The position numbers were made by a program, and so were the translations under genes. This document shows, piece after piece, positions 10,377 through 24,075 of a stretch of DNA of 64,000 nt. How positions within the stretch are numbered: the stretch's first letter is position 1; every line of letters begins with the position of its first letter. Source of the DNA: Syncephalis fuscata S228. Taxonomy: Eukaryota > Fungi > Zoopagomycota. The notes below the pieces were generated by a model. It saw only the letters and a program-made list of their open reading frames with translations. It made no database searches and was not told where the DNA came from. Where the stretch lies: the NCBI GenBank assembly GCA_025786725.1, contig JAHLTZ010000021.1:186001-250000 (forward strand). Direction: 5' to 3'.

Positions 10377-11670
10377 CTATTTACCACAATGCAAATAAAT
10401 CTTCTGTCGCCAGCATAGCAGCCACCAAGCCACCAACAAAAAGGTTCCAAAGGTGAACGTGTAATCAAAGCTTCCGCCACGTTCACCCGCCAGCTTATTA
10501 ATTACCTTCGAGCGCAATAGACCAATTGCAGAGTTGGAATTATTGTCGGCTGGTCGGGTACAGTCACACTGAATTGATGTTTTACATTTGAAGTCATACG
10601 AACGTCCAGGACAAATGACCTCTTTGCATGATTCTTCGTGGGCAGCACACTGGCTTGGACTCAATGGTGTAGGTGCAGATGCATCAGTGCGGAAAGTTGT
10701 AAACTCTGTAGCACCAGGATTTGCCGAAGCTGTTACTGTAAGCGTCAATGTATTACCTGCAGAATCAGTAGCTACACTAGTGACTGTAGTAAGAATTGCC
10801 TGAGTAATTGTCTCAGGTGGACGAGGTATAGTCACAGTAACAGGTGGTGGTTTGAAGTAACTACTACAGTGCTTGCGGGTGCTGGTGGTGGTGGTGGTGG
10901 TGGATTAGGTGCCGGCTGAGGATTAGGTGCCGGTTTAGGATTAGGTGCTGGTGAAGGATTAGGTGCTGGTGAGGATTAGGTGCTGGTGAAGGATTAGGTG
11001 CTGGCTGAGGATTAGGTGCTGGTGAAGGATTAGGTGCTGGTGAAGGATTCGGTGCCGGCTGGGGATTCGGTGCTGGCGGGGGACTTGGCGCCACACTAGG
11101 TGGAGGTGGTGCCGGTGCCGGATTAGGCTGAGCCGGTGCTGGACCTGTAGAAGAATTGTCGTTAGAACTAGTTTTTGTGGAGGTAGGCGAGGCACTACTA
11201 GATGGAGGGGAAGTAGGGGACGATGCAGATGCAGACGCAGAACTACCTGAAGAAGGCCCGCTTCCAGAAGTAGGAGCAGAATTGGGAACAGGTGAAGAAG
11301 GTGAAGGTGAAGAAGGAGAAGCGGGAGATGGTAGAGGTGCGGCTGAAGAACCACTTGAAGAAGGTTTACTTCCGGAGGCAGCTGGCGATGACACAGAAGG
11401 TGAACCGTTTGGTCCCGATGCAACAGGAGATGACGCTTTATTCCCACCTGATGATGCTCCATTTGGACCGGCGGATGTTGCTGCTCCACCTGGCCCAGTG
11501 GAACCTGATGCTCCGTTGGGTCCAGCAGATGTTTTTGCTTGTGGCAAAGCATGCACCAGACCAGTAGAAGCGCTATGTTGGGCATGATGATCTGGCATAT
11601 TAACCAACATGCTTAACACCACAATAGTGGTAGCCAAAGTCAAGCTTAGACGACTGTAAAACCGCGTCAT
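10377..11670 (-). CDS. Secreted Ser/Pro-rich surface protein with PAPNPS repeats, a small Cys domain and a hydrophobic C-terminus (GPI/TM-like); frameshifted in the repeat
   Basis: ORFs 10864-11670 and 10377-10835 join across a frameshift; signal peptide; CAAHEESCKEVICPGRSYDFKCKTSIQCDC; C-terminal FTFGTFLLVAWWLLCW. Confidence 0.75.
10900..11075 (-). repeat. 18-bp coding tandem repeat (PAPNPS/Q)
   Basis: ggattaggtgctggtgaa repeated about 9 times; one unit lacks a base near 10972. Confidence 0.9.
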
Positions 11671-12407
11671 GGTGGGACGATTTCTAAAAGCAACGGACTA
11701 TGTATATGTATGTGTGTGTATAGTGTTTAATGACGGCTAATCGCAATTAATGTCGAATTTAAATATGTATATCAGCAGATGCGATACAATTGTGGTTATA
11801 ATACTAAAAAAACGCACAACGGAGGATTGAAGAAGAAGTAAGCGGAAAGCAACAACGGTAGTGGCAACAAGGCTTTGTAGGGTCCCATCATTGTTGCTTG
11901 GCCTATAACCAGTATGGTGTTCGTGTGGAGAGCACCAATTAGATGAAAGAAAACGACCATGCGTTCGACTTGCATGGTGTATTTCACGTGCAGCCATATC
12001 CTTTACTATATAATTCCTATAATAGCCACTGCATATGACAGATTTCCACAATAATGCTGGCGTCTAGATTGCTAATTCCAATTTATGTAAAGTCGTCATA
12101 ATTATACGCATGATATCACTGCAGCAATTTTGATTACAATAAATCAATTAGATATGTTTATAGAAACATCAATTACCAAATTCAGTTTAGTAATATTTCA
12201 TTTAACTATAATAATATGGGATTTATTAGTAGAAAATACACTAGATACAATTGATATTTTGTTTATCTTTTTCGATAACGTGAATAGACTACTAGTAAAA
12301 TATTAAATTAAAGATGCTGCCTTTGCTTTCTAAATAGTGCAATTAAAACTCCGCATTGCTATTAATTATTTTTTCTGAAATATTCACGCATTTTATTACT
12401 AAATACT

Positions 12408-15400
12408 ATGTCTCGTAAAAAACGAACTGCTTCTTCACCACCGTCAACAGACACTACAGCTGTGACGACAAGTAGTGACAGTATTAATAGCGAGAATGAC
12501 TGGCCGCTATGGTGTAATGCATTGGTACAGGCGTTTTCTACAATGATAACATTATATGAATTCCTTATATACCAAGGACGTTCTAATAGTACCGCAAGTC
12601 CACAGCAGCACTAAGCTTTGACGCTATAACTAATGCCTATAGTTCTTCTAATACAAATAACCAGTCAGAAAACCGGCAAGTAGTTTACAAACTTAAAGCC
12701 TTGTACAAATACTAACATAATTTAATAATAGACAACAAATAACTAAAGAAACACTGGCACGCATTCTAGCTGTTGCTCCAGATTTAATTAAGGCGACTTA
12801 TAGAACGCGTACCGAATTAAATACGCCATTACAACAGCAAACTGAATTGACATCTTTAGCACCGTTACAATTTGAAAATAATATAAAATCGACAACAGCA
12901 AAACGTTCAAAAAAATCATGGGATGATCCATATGCAAAGTTTGCATCAGTTAACAATGAAAAATCAGTACTGCTGTTGGAATTCCCCACAATATCCTCTG
13001 ACTTATCGGTTGTTATTAGTAAGAATCGGGCATCAGAGGCCAAAAACCTCGTATTAAAAAGAGTAGCAATCAAAATAGTACTATACTTGTAATTCAGCAA
13101 CGTATTGCGGCATTTCGTATTCGACTTGGACAATTTCTAGCAGAAATGGCAAGTACCTAATAATTAAAAATATTTTAGACATTTAATAAATTGTAAACAA
13201 TAATTAGGGAGAAGAAGCAGAAATAGAATTAACAGAAAGAGCACAAAGTATTCTTCCAATGCATCCAGAAGCGTTGGCTAAACAACCAACTACTGATTCT
13301 ACCCAATCAGTGCCACCTACATCTTCTGTAAAAATAGAAGAATTATTAAATAAATTGCTATCATCTCCATATTATGAGGGACAAGTGGCGCCAGAAGGAC
13401 GTCGAACATTTCCGGCACGGAAAGAGCAATTTAGTATGTATACTATGCTGGTATGATTGACGTAGCTAACTGAGACCGAGTAGAGAAGCCTAATGAGCCA
13501 TTATCTGATGGTATACGTCAAGCGTTATACAAAGCTCGTGGTATAAAACAGTTTTATACACATCAAGCAAAAGCATTAGACTATCTGGCCATGGAAAACA
13601 TGTTGTTGTGTCTACTGCCACTTCAAGGTAAATTATTTGTAATAAAATTAAAGATTAATTAAATATCCAACATGGCAAAATCAGTGGCAAATCGGTTATA
13701 TATCAAGTACCAACATTAAAATTACTAGAGCAAGCATCAACAACTGCAAATCATGCTGTACGTATTCTTTGGATGTTTCCCACCAAAGCACTATCTCGAG
13801 ATCAACTTGAGTCAATGAAACAATTGGTTGGTGCGCATCCTCAGCTAGACGATTGGGCTCACATATTGGCACACGATGGAGACACGGCAAATGACCGAGA
13901 GATGCGAAAACAGGCCCGCGATGAAGCACACGTTATACTTACTAATCCAGATACACTTCATATGTCTATATTACCTTACGCTGATCGATGGCGAAATTTC
14001 TTTACAAATCTTCGTTTAGTAGTACTTGATGGTGGGTATTAATGGCCAATATAAACTCGCCACTAATTACTTGGACTTAGAGCTACACGTATGTGCAGGT
14101 GGATTTGGAGCACATGTCGCTGTTATTATACGACGACTTCGACGTATGTGTGCAGCTTACGGCAACAAGGCTGTTCAATTTATTTCGTGCAGCGCCACTA
14201 TTGCCAATCCAGTTGAAGTAATTTATTAATATTATATATTACGTTATAAATCACTGACGAGCTATTAATTATATTTTACGCTAAAAGCACATGTCCAATT
14301 TATTTGGATTGGAAACAGAGAGTATTGCTCTGGTAGAAACGGATGGTGCACCACAAGGACGCAAGGTAATCCAAACAACTTAGTCTTTAAGTTTGCAATG
14401 TTTATTGAAACAAAAAAGGAGTTTATGGTGTGGAACCCTCCATTGCATAATCCAGATATGCCGGAATTGGGTCGACGACGCTCTATACTGGAAAGTGCAC
14501 GAATAATGGCTTTTTTAGTACAGCACCATGTTCGGTCTATTTTATTTTGTAGAGTAAGAAATAATGTGAATAGCATGATTTATATTAATTTATTGATACA
14601 GACACGCAAAGTATGTGAACTCGTATTACAGCATTTACATGATTTACTCAATGAGTCGGGTCTAAATCATTTAATACCATATGTCACCTCCTATCGTAGC
14701 GGCTATGACCCTAAAGTGTGTAACAGTAACAGATAATTGGCATAACTATAAGTGCTTATAAATACGTATAATGGCTATGGCAGGATCGAAGACGTATAGA
14801 GAAAAGCATGTTTTCCGGACAGCTATTGGCCGTAATAGCCACTAGCGCCTTAGAATTGGGCGTTGATATTGGCGCTTTAGACGCAGTTGTATTACTTGGC
14901 GTACCATGGAATAAAGCAGCTCTTTGGCAGCAGATGGGACGAGCAGGTCGGCGGCGCCAGACATCAATGGCCATTTTAGTTGCTGAGGAACAGCCGCTAG
15001 ATCAATATTATGCGCGTCGACTTGACCAGCTATTTGAGGTAACGCCGGAAATTGCTGCCGACTGGTCACATTCTCCAGTGTTGGGCGCGCAGCTTCAATG
15101 CGCTGCATATGAACGTGTTATAGACATAGAAGAAGATCAAGTATGGTTTGGCGCCAAGCTGAAAGAGCTGTGTCAGGCCCATTTAATACGTATTAATTCA
15201 AGAGTATGCAGCTATTATTGTGTGTTTATTGATTGGTATATTAACCAGCCTTACAGTATTATCGTTCACATCCAGATATGAGCGATTTTCCTCCAAGTCA
15301 GGTGGCAATACGTGGCAGATTAGAAAAAATTACTGGACGGTTATTGATGGCACACATGGAAGACAGGCGGTGATTGAGGAAATGGAAGCTGTGCGTGCTT

Positions 15401-16333
15401 TATTCACGATATACGAAGGTGCAATTTATTTGCATCAAGGCAAGCGCTATTTAGTTGATAAAGTCAATGTAGAGGATTGTTACATAATCGTGCGACAAGT
15501 GAATGTTACCTGGTTGACCCAACAGCGGGATTTCACTGATCTAGATCCGTTGGAAACACTGTCTACATGTTCCATTGGTTCAGTACGTGCAAACACAACA
15601 GACGCAACAGCGTTCCAATACAGTAGTTGTATATTACGGCATTGTTCAAAGTAGGTTATTTATTAATTTTGCAATATACTTGCATTGCTTAATTTAAATT
15701 TGTTTAGTGAAAGCAACAGTATTTGGCTATTATAAATTAGACGGGAAAACAGGGCAGATTCTAGACTCGGTTGACATTGATATGCCGCCGGTTATTCGAA
15801 CCAGGCCTGGCATTTGGTTGAATCTACCGGCAAATGGATTGAAATCGCTTGAAAAGGAGCAGATTGATGTGGAAGCGGCAGTCATGCACTGGCACACGTT
15901 TGTCTTTCTGTAATTCCGTCATTTGTGTTATGCAACGCCGAAGATATGCGAGCTGAGTGTAAGAATCCTCATGCTACTCGATATCGGCCACCGCGGTAAG
16001 TTAATAATGTTAGAATTCAATCGATTTACTAACCACATAAAGGCTTGTACTTCAGGATAACACATCAGGTGTGGGAGTGGCCATTAAAGTATACAATCGA
16101 ATTTACAATATATTACAAGAAGCCTATCAATTAGTGTCAACTTGTTCTTGCAAAGAAGGCTGTCCTCATTGTAAGTGATTTTAAACAATTACTTGCGTTT
16201 AATTGTATATTAATAAGGACCATGTGCAGGTGTTAATTCAGCTCTTTGCACAGAATACAATCAAGTTCTTTCTAAGAAAGGTGCCTGTATACTACTTGAC
16301 CACATTATTGACTTGCCATCAGTCGATTTTTAG
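12408..16333 (+). CDS. HRQ1: RecQ4-family DEAH helicase with C-terminal Zn-binding (DUF1998) domain; multi-exon, several 1-nt frameshifts
   Basis: TATSSGKS, PTKALSRDQ, LVVLD/ELH, SATIANP, ATSALELGVDIG, QQMGRAGRR, IYEGAIYLHQG and CSCKEGCPHC. Confidence 0.93.
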
Positions 16334-17193
16334 TTTTTTACATGGAGAATTAGATAAATACATTGTTTTTTAAATTCATTAAATTCATTAAATTTATTTA
16401 TTAATAAAATTATTTTTTATTAAATTAATATTAAAACGTCTTACTAAGCTACTATTTCCGTTTCTTTTCCTCCTTTGGTTACTTAATCAATGTTACGTCA
16501 TTTTATTACTGATGCTATAGCAATGTTATTCTTTTTTATCAAATCAAAAGCAGATCAAGCTTTGTAATAAAAAATAATAGCATTTATTAAACTATTACAA
16601 TTGTTGGTGTATATTTAATAATTAAATATGTACTAATAATTTTACTTGTACATATGTTGATTTTACATTTGAGAATGTAACAACACCACTTGTAATATAT
16701 TTAGTGCTATATTTAATATATTATTACCAAAATCATATAAACAGCCATTAAAATGTTTAATATTGCATTAAACAATCTTTACCAAGCCAGTTTTCTGCTT
16801 TCTGGCAGTCAAAAAAAACTGGCATTTGCTGCTGGAACAGTCTTCATAAAACAAATAAGCTGTAATCTTGTTGAATCACTATTTTTCTTTTAAAATTGCA
16901 ATCGTTAACAAGCTTAGACTCGTCAACAGCAATCCTCAGTTTTTCAATACTGTTAAATATAGCTTCTTTAAATCATTTAGTAGACATTGTGGCGGATTTT
17001 TTTAAATTGGTGTATTGTAATAAATAAATTTTAAAAAAGTGTATTTTTATTTAATAAATTTAAAAATGGGAATTTATGGGAAATTTAAAAACGGTGTATT
17101 TATCTAATCTCTCCTTTTATATTTTAATTTGATTAAACAATAGTGTATTTCTGTAAAATTGAATATTATAGTAGTATACAATTCAGGTGTTTA

Positions 17194-18690
17194 TTATGTT
17201 AAATCAAATGATGTAGACATTGTAAAATAGTTAACATTGTACTCATTTGATGGTTCAGTGGATATACAAAAAGTAGAACGAATCATATAGTTTGGCAAGC
17301 TATCATCTCGTACTTTGTCTGACCCATCAATGCAAAAACCTGCAGGCTCTCCGGAATATATGTCCTTTACTTGGCCGATACCATTGTGCTCGCACCAAAC
17401 AAGTCTCCCAAGAATTGGACAAATGTCAATCATTCCTTCAAGATCAATAAAATGCGTAGCATCTCCAATGGTTAGGTCAATGATCATATAGCAGTCATCA
17501 AATTGTATGACAGCATTGGTGGGATCTATACGAAATCCAGAACGGCCATTTGTAAACGAACATATATAGTCTTGTGATGGCTCTTTACCGGTAGTGTACA
17601 GGCTGAGTGTGCACATTTCAGAAGGACCACAAATGGCATAAATATAGTCCAATCCTAATGAAAATACCCGGCAATCTTCGTATATGTGGTCGCAGTGGAA
17701 TTTACCTCTACGCACTTTTTCCATCTGCAGTCTGGAGCCATGAGGAGTAAGATGGTATTGCCGCCATTCAAGTCGTTTAACAACAATGTTAGGTCCGTGA
17801 CTAAACAGCACAATACTATTCTCGTTGGCCTCCATTATAAAGCACGCACGGTAAAGGTGATGCGGCAGTTTATGGCTATGGCCCGTAGTCAGATTCATCA
17901 AAACATTCCAGTTATTGTTCTCCTCCCATGTCATTATTACCCAACGACCATAGGTTCTAATTCGTGCTGTCGATACACTGCCCTCTACATCAATTGGTAA
18001 CCAGTTATCTTCCGAGTAAGTGGGACGAACAAATAATACACTATTGAACTCTACGGCAGTATAATAGCCATTGACAAATATAGGCTTGATGCTATTTTTG
18101 AAATATGGAGAAGAGTAGCTGCTGGGCGTCGAAATTACGGATTTTGAAGAATTTGCAATATCTACGAGTATCTCAGTGGCGCTTGGCGATATATGGTCAG
18201 CATCTTGATGAGCTCTGCAAAGTATTTTCAGTGGCAGATTTGAAGCGCTTATGAGTCTGCAATATTTGTACCAAAATGCTCGTTTCATATATCCATTATA
18301 GCTTTCGCTTTTACAGCGTTTCTCCCGCCAGTTCTTCTCCACTATACGCCGATCTTTATAGGCCAAACGCCAATTAATTCCCAAAAATGTAGTATACCAT
18401 GACTTTTCATGGCAAAGATCAATTTCTGAACCAGCTGGACGCCCATATCGCCTCCAAGTCATATTGCGATACCACAATAAAAAGTCTTCTTCGTTTGCCG
18501 CGTACCGCCAATGGAAAGTTCGTCCATACAAGCTACGCCAATAATGACTCGACTGTCTTACTGTAATTTGCAAGGAACGACTGGCACATTCCAGCTCTAG
18601 TATTTCTGCGTCGTTTAATTCTTGAAATAAAACGTCTTTCTCCTTGAGCGGAAGAACCGCTAAGATTGCTTCAAACTTGGAAATGGTCAT
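17194..18690 (-). CDS. Intronless protein with a divergent N-terminal F-box-like region, lineage-specific family (498 aa)
   Basis: LFQELNDAEILELECASRSLQ..YWRSLY and WRLAYKDRRIVEKNWRE, followed by a beta-rich C-terminus. Confidence 0.7.
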   Translation of the reverse strand: MTISKFEAILAVLPLKEKDVLFQELNDAEILELECASRSLQITVRQSSHYWRSLYGRTFHWRYAANEEDFLLWYRNMTWRRYGRPAGSEIDLCHEKSWYTTFLGINWRLAYKDRRIVEKNWREKRCKSESYNGYMKRAFWYKYCRLISASNLPLKILCRAHQDADHISPSATEILVDIANSSKSVISTPSSYSSPYFKNSIKPIFVNGYYTAVEFNSVLFVRPTYSEDNWLPIDVEGSVSTARIRTYGRWVIMTWEENNNWNVLMNLTTGHSHKLPHHLYRACFIMEANENSIVLFSHGPNIVVKRLEWRQYHLTPHGSRLQMEKVRRGKFHCDHIYEDCRVFSLGLDYIYAICGPSEMCTLSLYTTGKEPSQDYICSFTNGRSGFRIDPTNAVIQFDDCYMIIDLTIGDATHFIDLEGMIDICPILGRLVWCEHNGIGQVKDIYSGEPAGFCIDGSDKVRDDSLPNYMIRSTFCISTEPSNEYNVNYFTMSTSFDLT

Positions 18691-19501
18691 TGCAAAGAGT
18701 AAATGTCATGCGAAAAAGCCATGGATATGCGGTATAAAAATGGCCGTCGCACAGCAATTACCAGAGTTGATTTCTAGTGCAGCGCCATTGCATGTAAAAG
18801 GGGTATTTTTGGCTGTGCCACGCTTGAATCAATAATATATAAAGTAACCAAATAAGACGCATTCTAAATATCGAATTGGCCGCTATAGATACACTAGTAG
18901 TGGCTATAAAAACAATGCAAACTTTTTATTTATTAAATCTATGTCTGTTGAACATTATAATTCATTGTATGATGCAATGTTTTTTAGCTGTTATTTGAGC
19001 TTTAGTATTAGCTATAAATGACGGCGCAATAGCAATGATTTAAATTATTACATTAGATACAATATGACTAGTATACCACATTTATTACATAAACTGTTAC
19101 AATTTTTGAGAGTTTTTAATATGTGTATCGTAGTATATAAAATGTTTAGAAAGAAGCCAGTACCACAACGGTAAGTCGGCATAATAAAATAATTGTCCAC
19201 AGCCATAACTATAATATGACAATTGAATTATCACTGCTAGGCATGGCACTTACTATTTGCAGCATAGCTAAATTGCTATTATCGTTTTAAATTTTATTTT
19301 ATTTATTGCTTTATTTGGAATTGCATTCGAATGCTAGCTCCAAATTTAACAATATAAATATGCTCATTTTACAACCAACAAAGCGAGCATTATTTGCTCT
19401 ACATTTTTATTTTCTTATTCAATACATACGAAATAACTGCAACAACATTTTTATAAAAGATATGCGCTTTACGCTTAAAAATCAGCTACAATTGTACTAC
19501 A

Positions 19502-20598
19502 ATGATATTTGGCACTAGATCTGCATCTGTCTTTGCTATTGCTACTTTAGTTTTAGCTTCATTACTTGTTAAAGTCGATGGACGACTAGGACTATTTCAA
19601 AAAAATTATGCTTTATTGGATAAAGTGTAAACACTTGTATTAACTATATACCGATAGATAGCTTTTATCATTATTTATTAAAAAATTTTAGTGAGCATGG
19701 TATAGAGATTACAGAATTTATTAAAGATGCAGGATTTGTCAGGACGGCTATGGAAAGATTTTTAAAAGACTGAATCATATTAATGTGTATGCGTAGCGAC
19801 GAAGAGGTTAAAGAGCTATACGATGTATGTTTTAATTATCTACATACTAAAGAAAGCTAACGTATGCCACGTTTAATAGACATTGTTACTTGAAGAAAAA
19901 TGGATGAATTAAGACATAAAATAGTCAGGGTGCCAATTATAGTTTCCGATTCGTAAAAAGGAGTCGACTTGCTACGTTACAAAATATCAATGCAATCAAA
20001 CACTTGGAAGCTACGAAGAGAAACTATTAGAGAAACACAATTCTATAGTTGTCACAAAATATGGTCTTTCGGAGGTTTCGTTATTGCTTGAATGGACTAA
20101 AATATTTATGGATGAGCAAGTACAGATTTACGCTACAAGAGCCAACATAGTACAAATAATTGTGAAATGTAGGTAAATACAACAACATATGAGGCTATAT
20201 TAACTGGATACTATACTAGCTATGCTTTTAACGCAAAAGCAAGGCTGGGACATCAACGCCAACATGCAGGGCAAGTACTATGTATAGTAAAATTTGTAAT
20301 ATTAACTTACAATCTAGATGTCTGTGTTAATAATAATGGAATCGCTATAACATTTTTATGATTTGATAGAACTTATAAACATGGTCATAGCAAAATGGAG
20401 CCAAAAGAAATAGCGAGAAGAACTCGACATATGAACGATAAGACTAAAAGCATTATGACCACACTGGCTATTCCTGCTGATAGGCGTCAAATGAAAACAT
20501 GTATAGAAACAGGAGATATGCCTACCGACAAAATAGTATACAAGAAAATGATTTGCAAAGAGGCTAGGAAAATCATGTTTCCAGATACTGACCTATAG
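19502..20598 (+). pseudogene. Disrupted secreted-protein gene, possibly a kinase-fold pseudokinase
   Basis: Leader (F)GTRSASVFAIATLVLASLLVKVDG; GT/GC-AG introns; AMLLTQKQGW...DVCVNNNGIAITF(Y)DFD; multiple stops and frameshifts. Confidence 0.4.
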
Positions 20599-20780
20599 GA
20601 TAGTGGCAATTCTAATAGCATGTCGACATTGGAATTGGCATTAGAAAAAAGTTTACCATTATATAAATTATGATTGCTTTTTATTTTCATTTCACATAAA
20701 CCAATAAGCAAACAAAGCTATTTACTATTTAAACAATTTAGTATAAACTTATTTTGAATGAACAATGGAATTTATTATGT

Positions 20781-21863
20781 TTATTCATAAAGTGGAATGG
20801 CCCATGGGTTCACAGTATAAATGTGTCTGATCGAAATTTGATTCAATTTGTCCAAATCTTCTTGTGACAGATTGTATACTTGGAAATTATCGTGAATACG
20901 TGTTGGATTACTTGACTTTGGAATGACTATTGGAATTCTAGCGTTAATAATATTTTGCAAAAATATTTATGTAGTTACCTGAAATGCCCTGCTGTAATGC
21001 CCAGCTTAATAATGTCTGTGCAGGGGTTTTTCCATTACGTTTAGACACTTCGCATACCTATCCATGCTGCATTAGTAAATAATAAACTTGAACGTATTCA
21101 CTATACCGTTGGATCAGCAAGCAAGTATGGCTCTTTGGAAAATCCGAGTGAGCGATAGGCAGTTATATGAATATTATGAGCATTGCAAAATTCTACAAGT
21201 TCGTGTTGTGGGTGATATGGATGAAGTTCAACTTGATTGACAGCAGGGACTACATCGGTTAGCTTGAGTAAACGTTGGATATTCTTGACGGTAAAGTTTG
21301 CCACCCAATTGCCTTGACCTTGCCAGTTTTCAGTAGCGCCTTTATTGAACTAGTTAGCTTATTTTCGCATCATCTACAGTTTTCTAGCTTACCTCCATAG
21401 CACGCCAGGTATCACAGAAATCAATATCGCCCATAATAACATTGCCAGCTTCGTCTAGCGGCCATGAATCTTCTCCTCGTACGAAAGCGTGCGGCCAGTG
21501 CATTAAGTACAAATCCAGATAGTCCAGCTGCAAATCTTGAAGTGTCTTATCTAATGCTTTTTCGACATCGTCTGGATGGTGACGAGTGTTCCAAAGCTTT
21601 GATGTAATAAAATACTCGCTTCTGGGTAGCTTGACTTGTTTTAATGCCTTGCCTATGGCTTCCTCTTGCCCATAAAATGCAGCACAATCCAAATGGCGAT
21701 ATCCAGCCTCAAAAGCTGTGTTGATGGCATTGATCGTCTCGCTATCCGATACATCCGCTACTCAAATATTAATCAATGTTAAATGGGCGCAAAATGGCTA
21801 CATACATGTTCCCAGACCAACTGCTGGAATTTTGGCTCCTGTATTCAGTGTAAAAGACGACAT
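20781..21863 (-). CDS. Aldo/keto reductase (multi-exon; 1-nt frameshift near 21303)
   Basis: [52 protein letters not shown] and [10 protein letters not shown]. Confidence 0.95.
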
Positions 21864-22373
21864 GATTAACACGATAGCAAAATAAAGCTACAGAAACATA
21901 TTTTTAATAAAAATATACACTATTTTATAGCAATCCAAATATTCTAACTGCTTAGTAATTGCTTAAATATTAATTACTAATATCAACTAAAAATTTAACA
22001 CGAGTTCATTATAATATGACTCAAGCACAGGCGATAAACGACCTGCGCGCTATTAGCTCGTTTATTTATTTATTATTTTTTAATATTGTCTAAAAATAGA
22101 TTAAATATAACTTGATTAATATTCTGGGTGTGCAGGTTAGGCGACGGGTTTACACGGTTAAAAGGAATAAGAGAATAAACATAAAATAATGGTTAGAATC
22201 CATAATGTCTTTGTTTGTGATAACTGTTATGTGTTTATATTATTCTACTCGATAATTGGGATATCGGAGTAAAGCAATATAAAATATAAAATTATACTGA
22301 TTACTATTTTTATAACACTGGTGTTAATCACCATATTTTATTAAATAAAATATTGTAAAACAAGGAATAGAAT

Positions 22374-23748
22374 ATGGCTGCTAATTATAACCAGGTTGCG
22401 GAGTGTAAATACTGGTGATGTGAACTGGTGTTGATTTGTGTGGTTGAAAAGACATTTTTAATTAGTTACTGTTATCAATAGGTGGTGTTGAGGGCGCAAT
22501 CAGAGCGTTATTAAATATTACGCTGCTGGACCCATTTACCCTCCACCTATTTCATCATTAACCAACCATTGGCAATTACCAGTTGCCCACGTCTTTCAAA
22601 TACGTTGTAATCATTGGTTCGTATTGCCATTCTTAAGTGACTCCTGATTACTATATTTAGTATCCGCCATGCGTGGCGGAGTGGTGATTAAGTGGCCATT
22701 CCATGGCCATTTTGTTACACCAATCTAGTCATTTTACCGTTTATTCTATTTGTTTGTAAAATGACAACTGATGCGTCGAAACTTGCGCCCGGCTCTACAG
22801 CCGATTCAAAGCCAATACCACCGCAATCGCTAGGTCTCTTGGATCGTCTGATTAAAGAATATGGACGTCCATTGCGTCGTGTAGCCAAAGGCTTATCATT
22901 ACTGCCGCTAGGAGCGGTACGAGCATTTCAACGTTTTAAATTTCGTCGATATTTTCTTTATGCTGTAGCGGCTCAGCTTGTTAGCTTTTTTGTACTGCGC
23001 CTAGTTAGCATTATACTTGCTATCGGCCCGCTATGGACAATGCGCTTTATAATATCTTTATTACTACCAGAAGGCAACATAACACGAACCCGTTTGCTTT
23101 TTGCGTTCACTTCGCTTATAGATGTTGTGAACGAATTTATCGATGGCACACCGCTACTCATTGTTTTATCGCTACGCTATGTCTGGCCTAACATATTAGA
23201 TACTATTTTTATGGAGTCGGTAGGCACGCGAGATCCAGCACTGCAACAATTCTAGCTGATCGTCCTTATATTTATCGCTATTGGCAGGAATTCCGCCATT
23301 ATCTACAACGTTCAGTACGACGTCTTCGCTGGCTTATTGCTTACCGACTAGCAACACTGCTACCGTATGTTGGTCCTATCATCGTCATGGGTATCTCTTT
23401 TTACATGACACGCCAATCGTTTGGCCGTCGTTTAGCATAGTCTATGCTGTATTGACCATAATGCCTGGCGGTCGATTATATGGCGCTAAGCTGCTGAACT
23501 AGCACTGGTAGTCGCCAATTAGCAAGAGAACTACTAGAACCATACTTTTGTCGAATGGATATGGACGGACGAATGCGACGCGAATGGTTTAAACGTCGTA
23601 ACGCTGCTACCTTTGGTTTTGGCGTACTGGCTATATTTTAATGCAGCAGACCTGGACCAATTTACTTGTATATATAGTGGCACAAGCAGCCATCATCGAA
23701 CTGGTCTCTACACAAGAAACGCTTTCGCGAAAACCGAAAAATTCGTAG
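22374..23748 (+). CDS. Multi-pass membrane protein (UsgS/EI24-like), several frameshifts; start uncertain
   Basis: Hydrophobic segments; LSLRYVWPNILDTIFMES; RELLEPYFCRM...RREWFKRR..ATFGFG. Confidence 0.55.
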
Positions 23749-23810
23749 CTATATATCCATTAAAATAGCACCAAATCATCTTTAAATAAAATTATTTAAT
23801 TAAAAATGCA

Positions 23811-24075
23811 AAGCTATTGTACTTTGACTTTTACATTTTTACTTATCCATTTCACCTTTCTTAACACTTTTAGACACAATTAACACTTATTCATTACTAT
23901 AACATGTATAATATTGCATCCAACATTAATTAATTCATGTGTATTTGCCAGTACAATAATGTAATTAATTAGTTATCTTTATTATTGCTTTGATATATAT
24001 ATATATATTGCTATTATTTAGTCAGACTGGCTATAGAAAAGTGGCTGTTTAATAAACGATTTATACTAATTATAT
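23811..24075 (+). repeat. Long inverted repeat, arm A
   Basis: gctattgtactttgac..tatccatttca..cacttttagaca..ttgcatccaa..tacaataatgtaattaattagtta matches the reverse complement of arm B. Confidence 0.9.

Noticed and set aside
11156-11587. Collagen-like G/E/A-rich plus-strand ORF and His/Leu-rich alternative frames
   Set aside because: Antisense or off-frame shadows of the Ser/Pro-rich gene.
16740-16990. Minus-strand coding-like relic (FKEAIFNSIEKLRIAVDESKLVN...), possibly a transposon or Fanzor N-terminal fragment
   Set aside because: No diagnostic motif; family cannot be assigned without a search.
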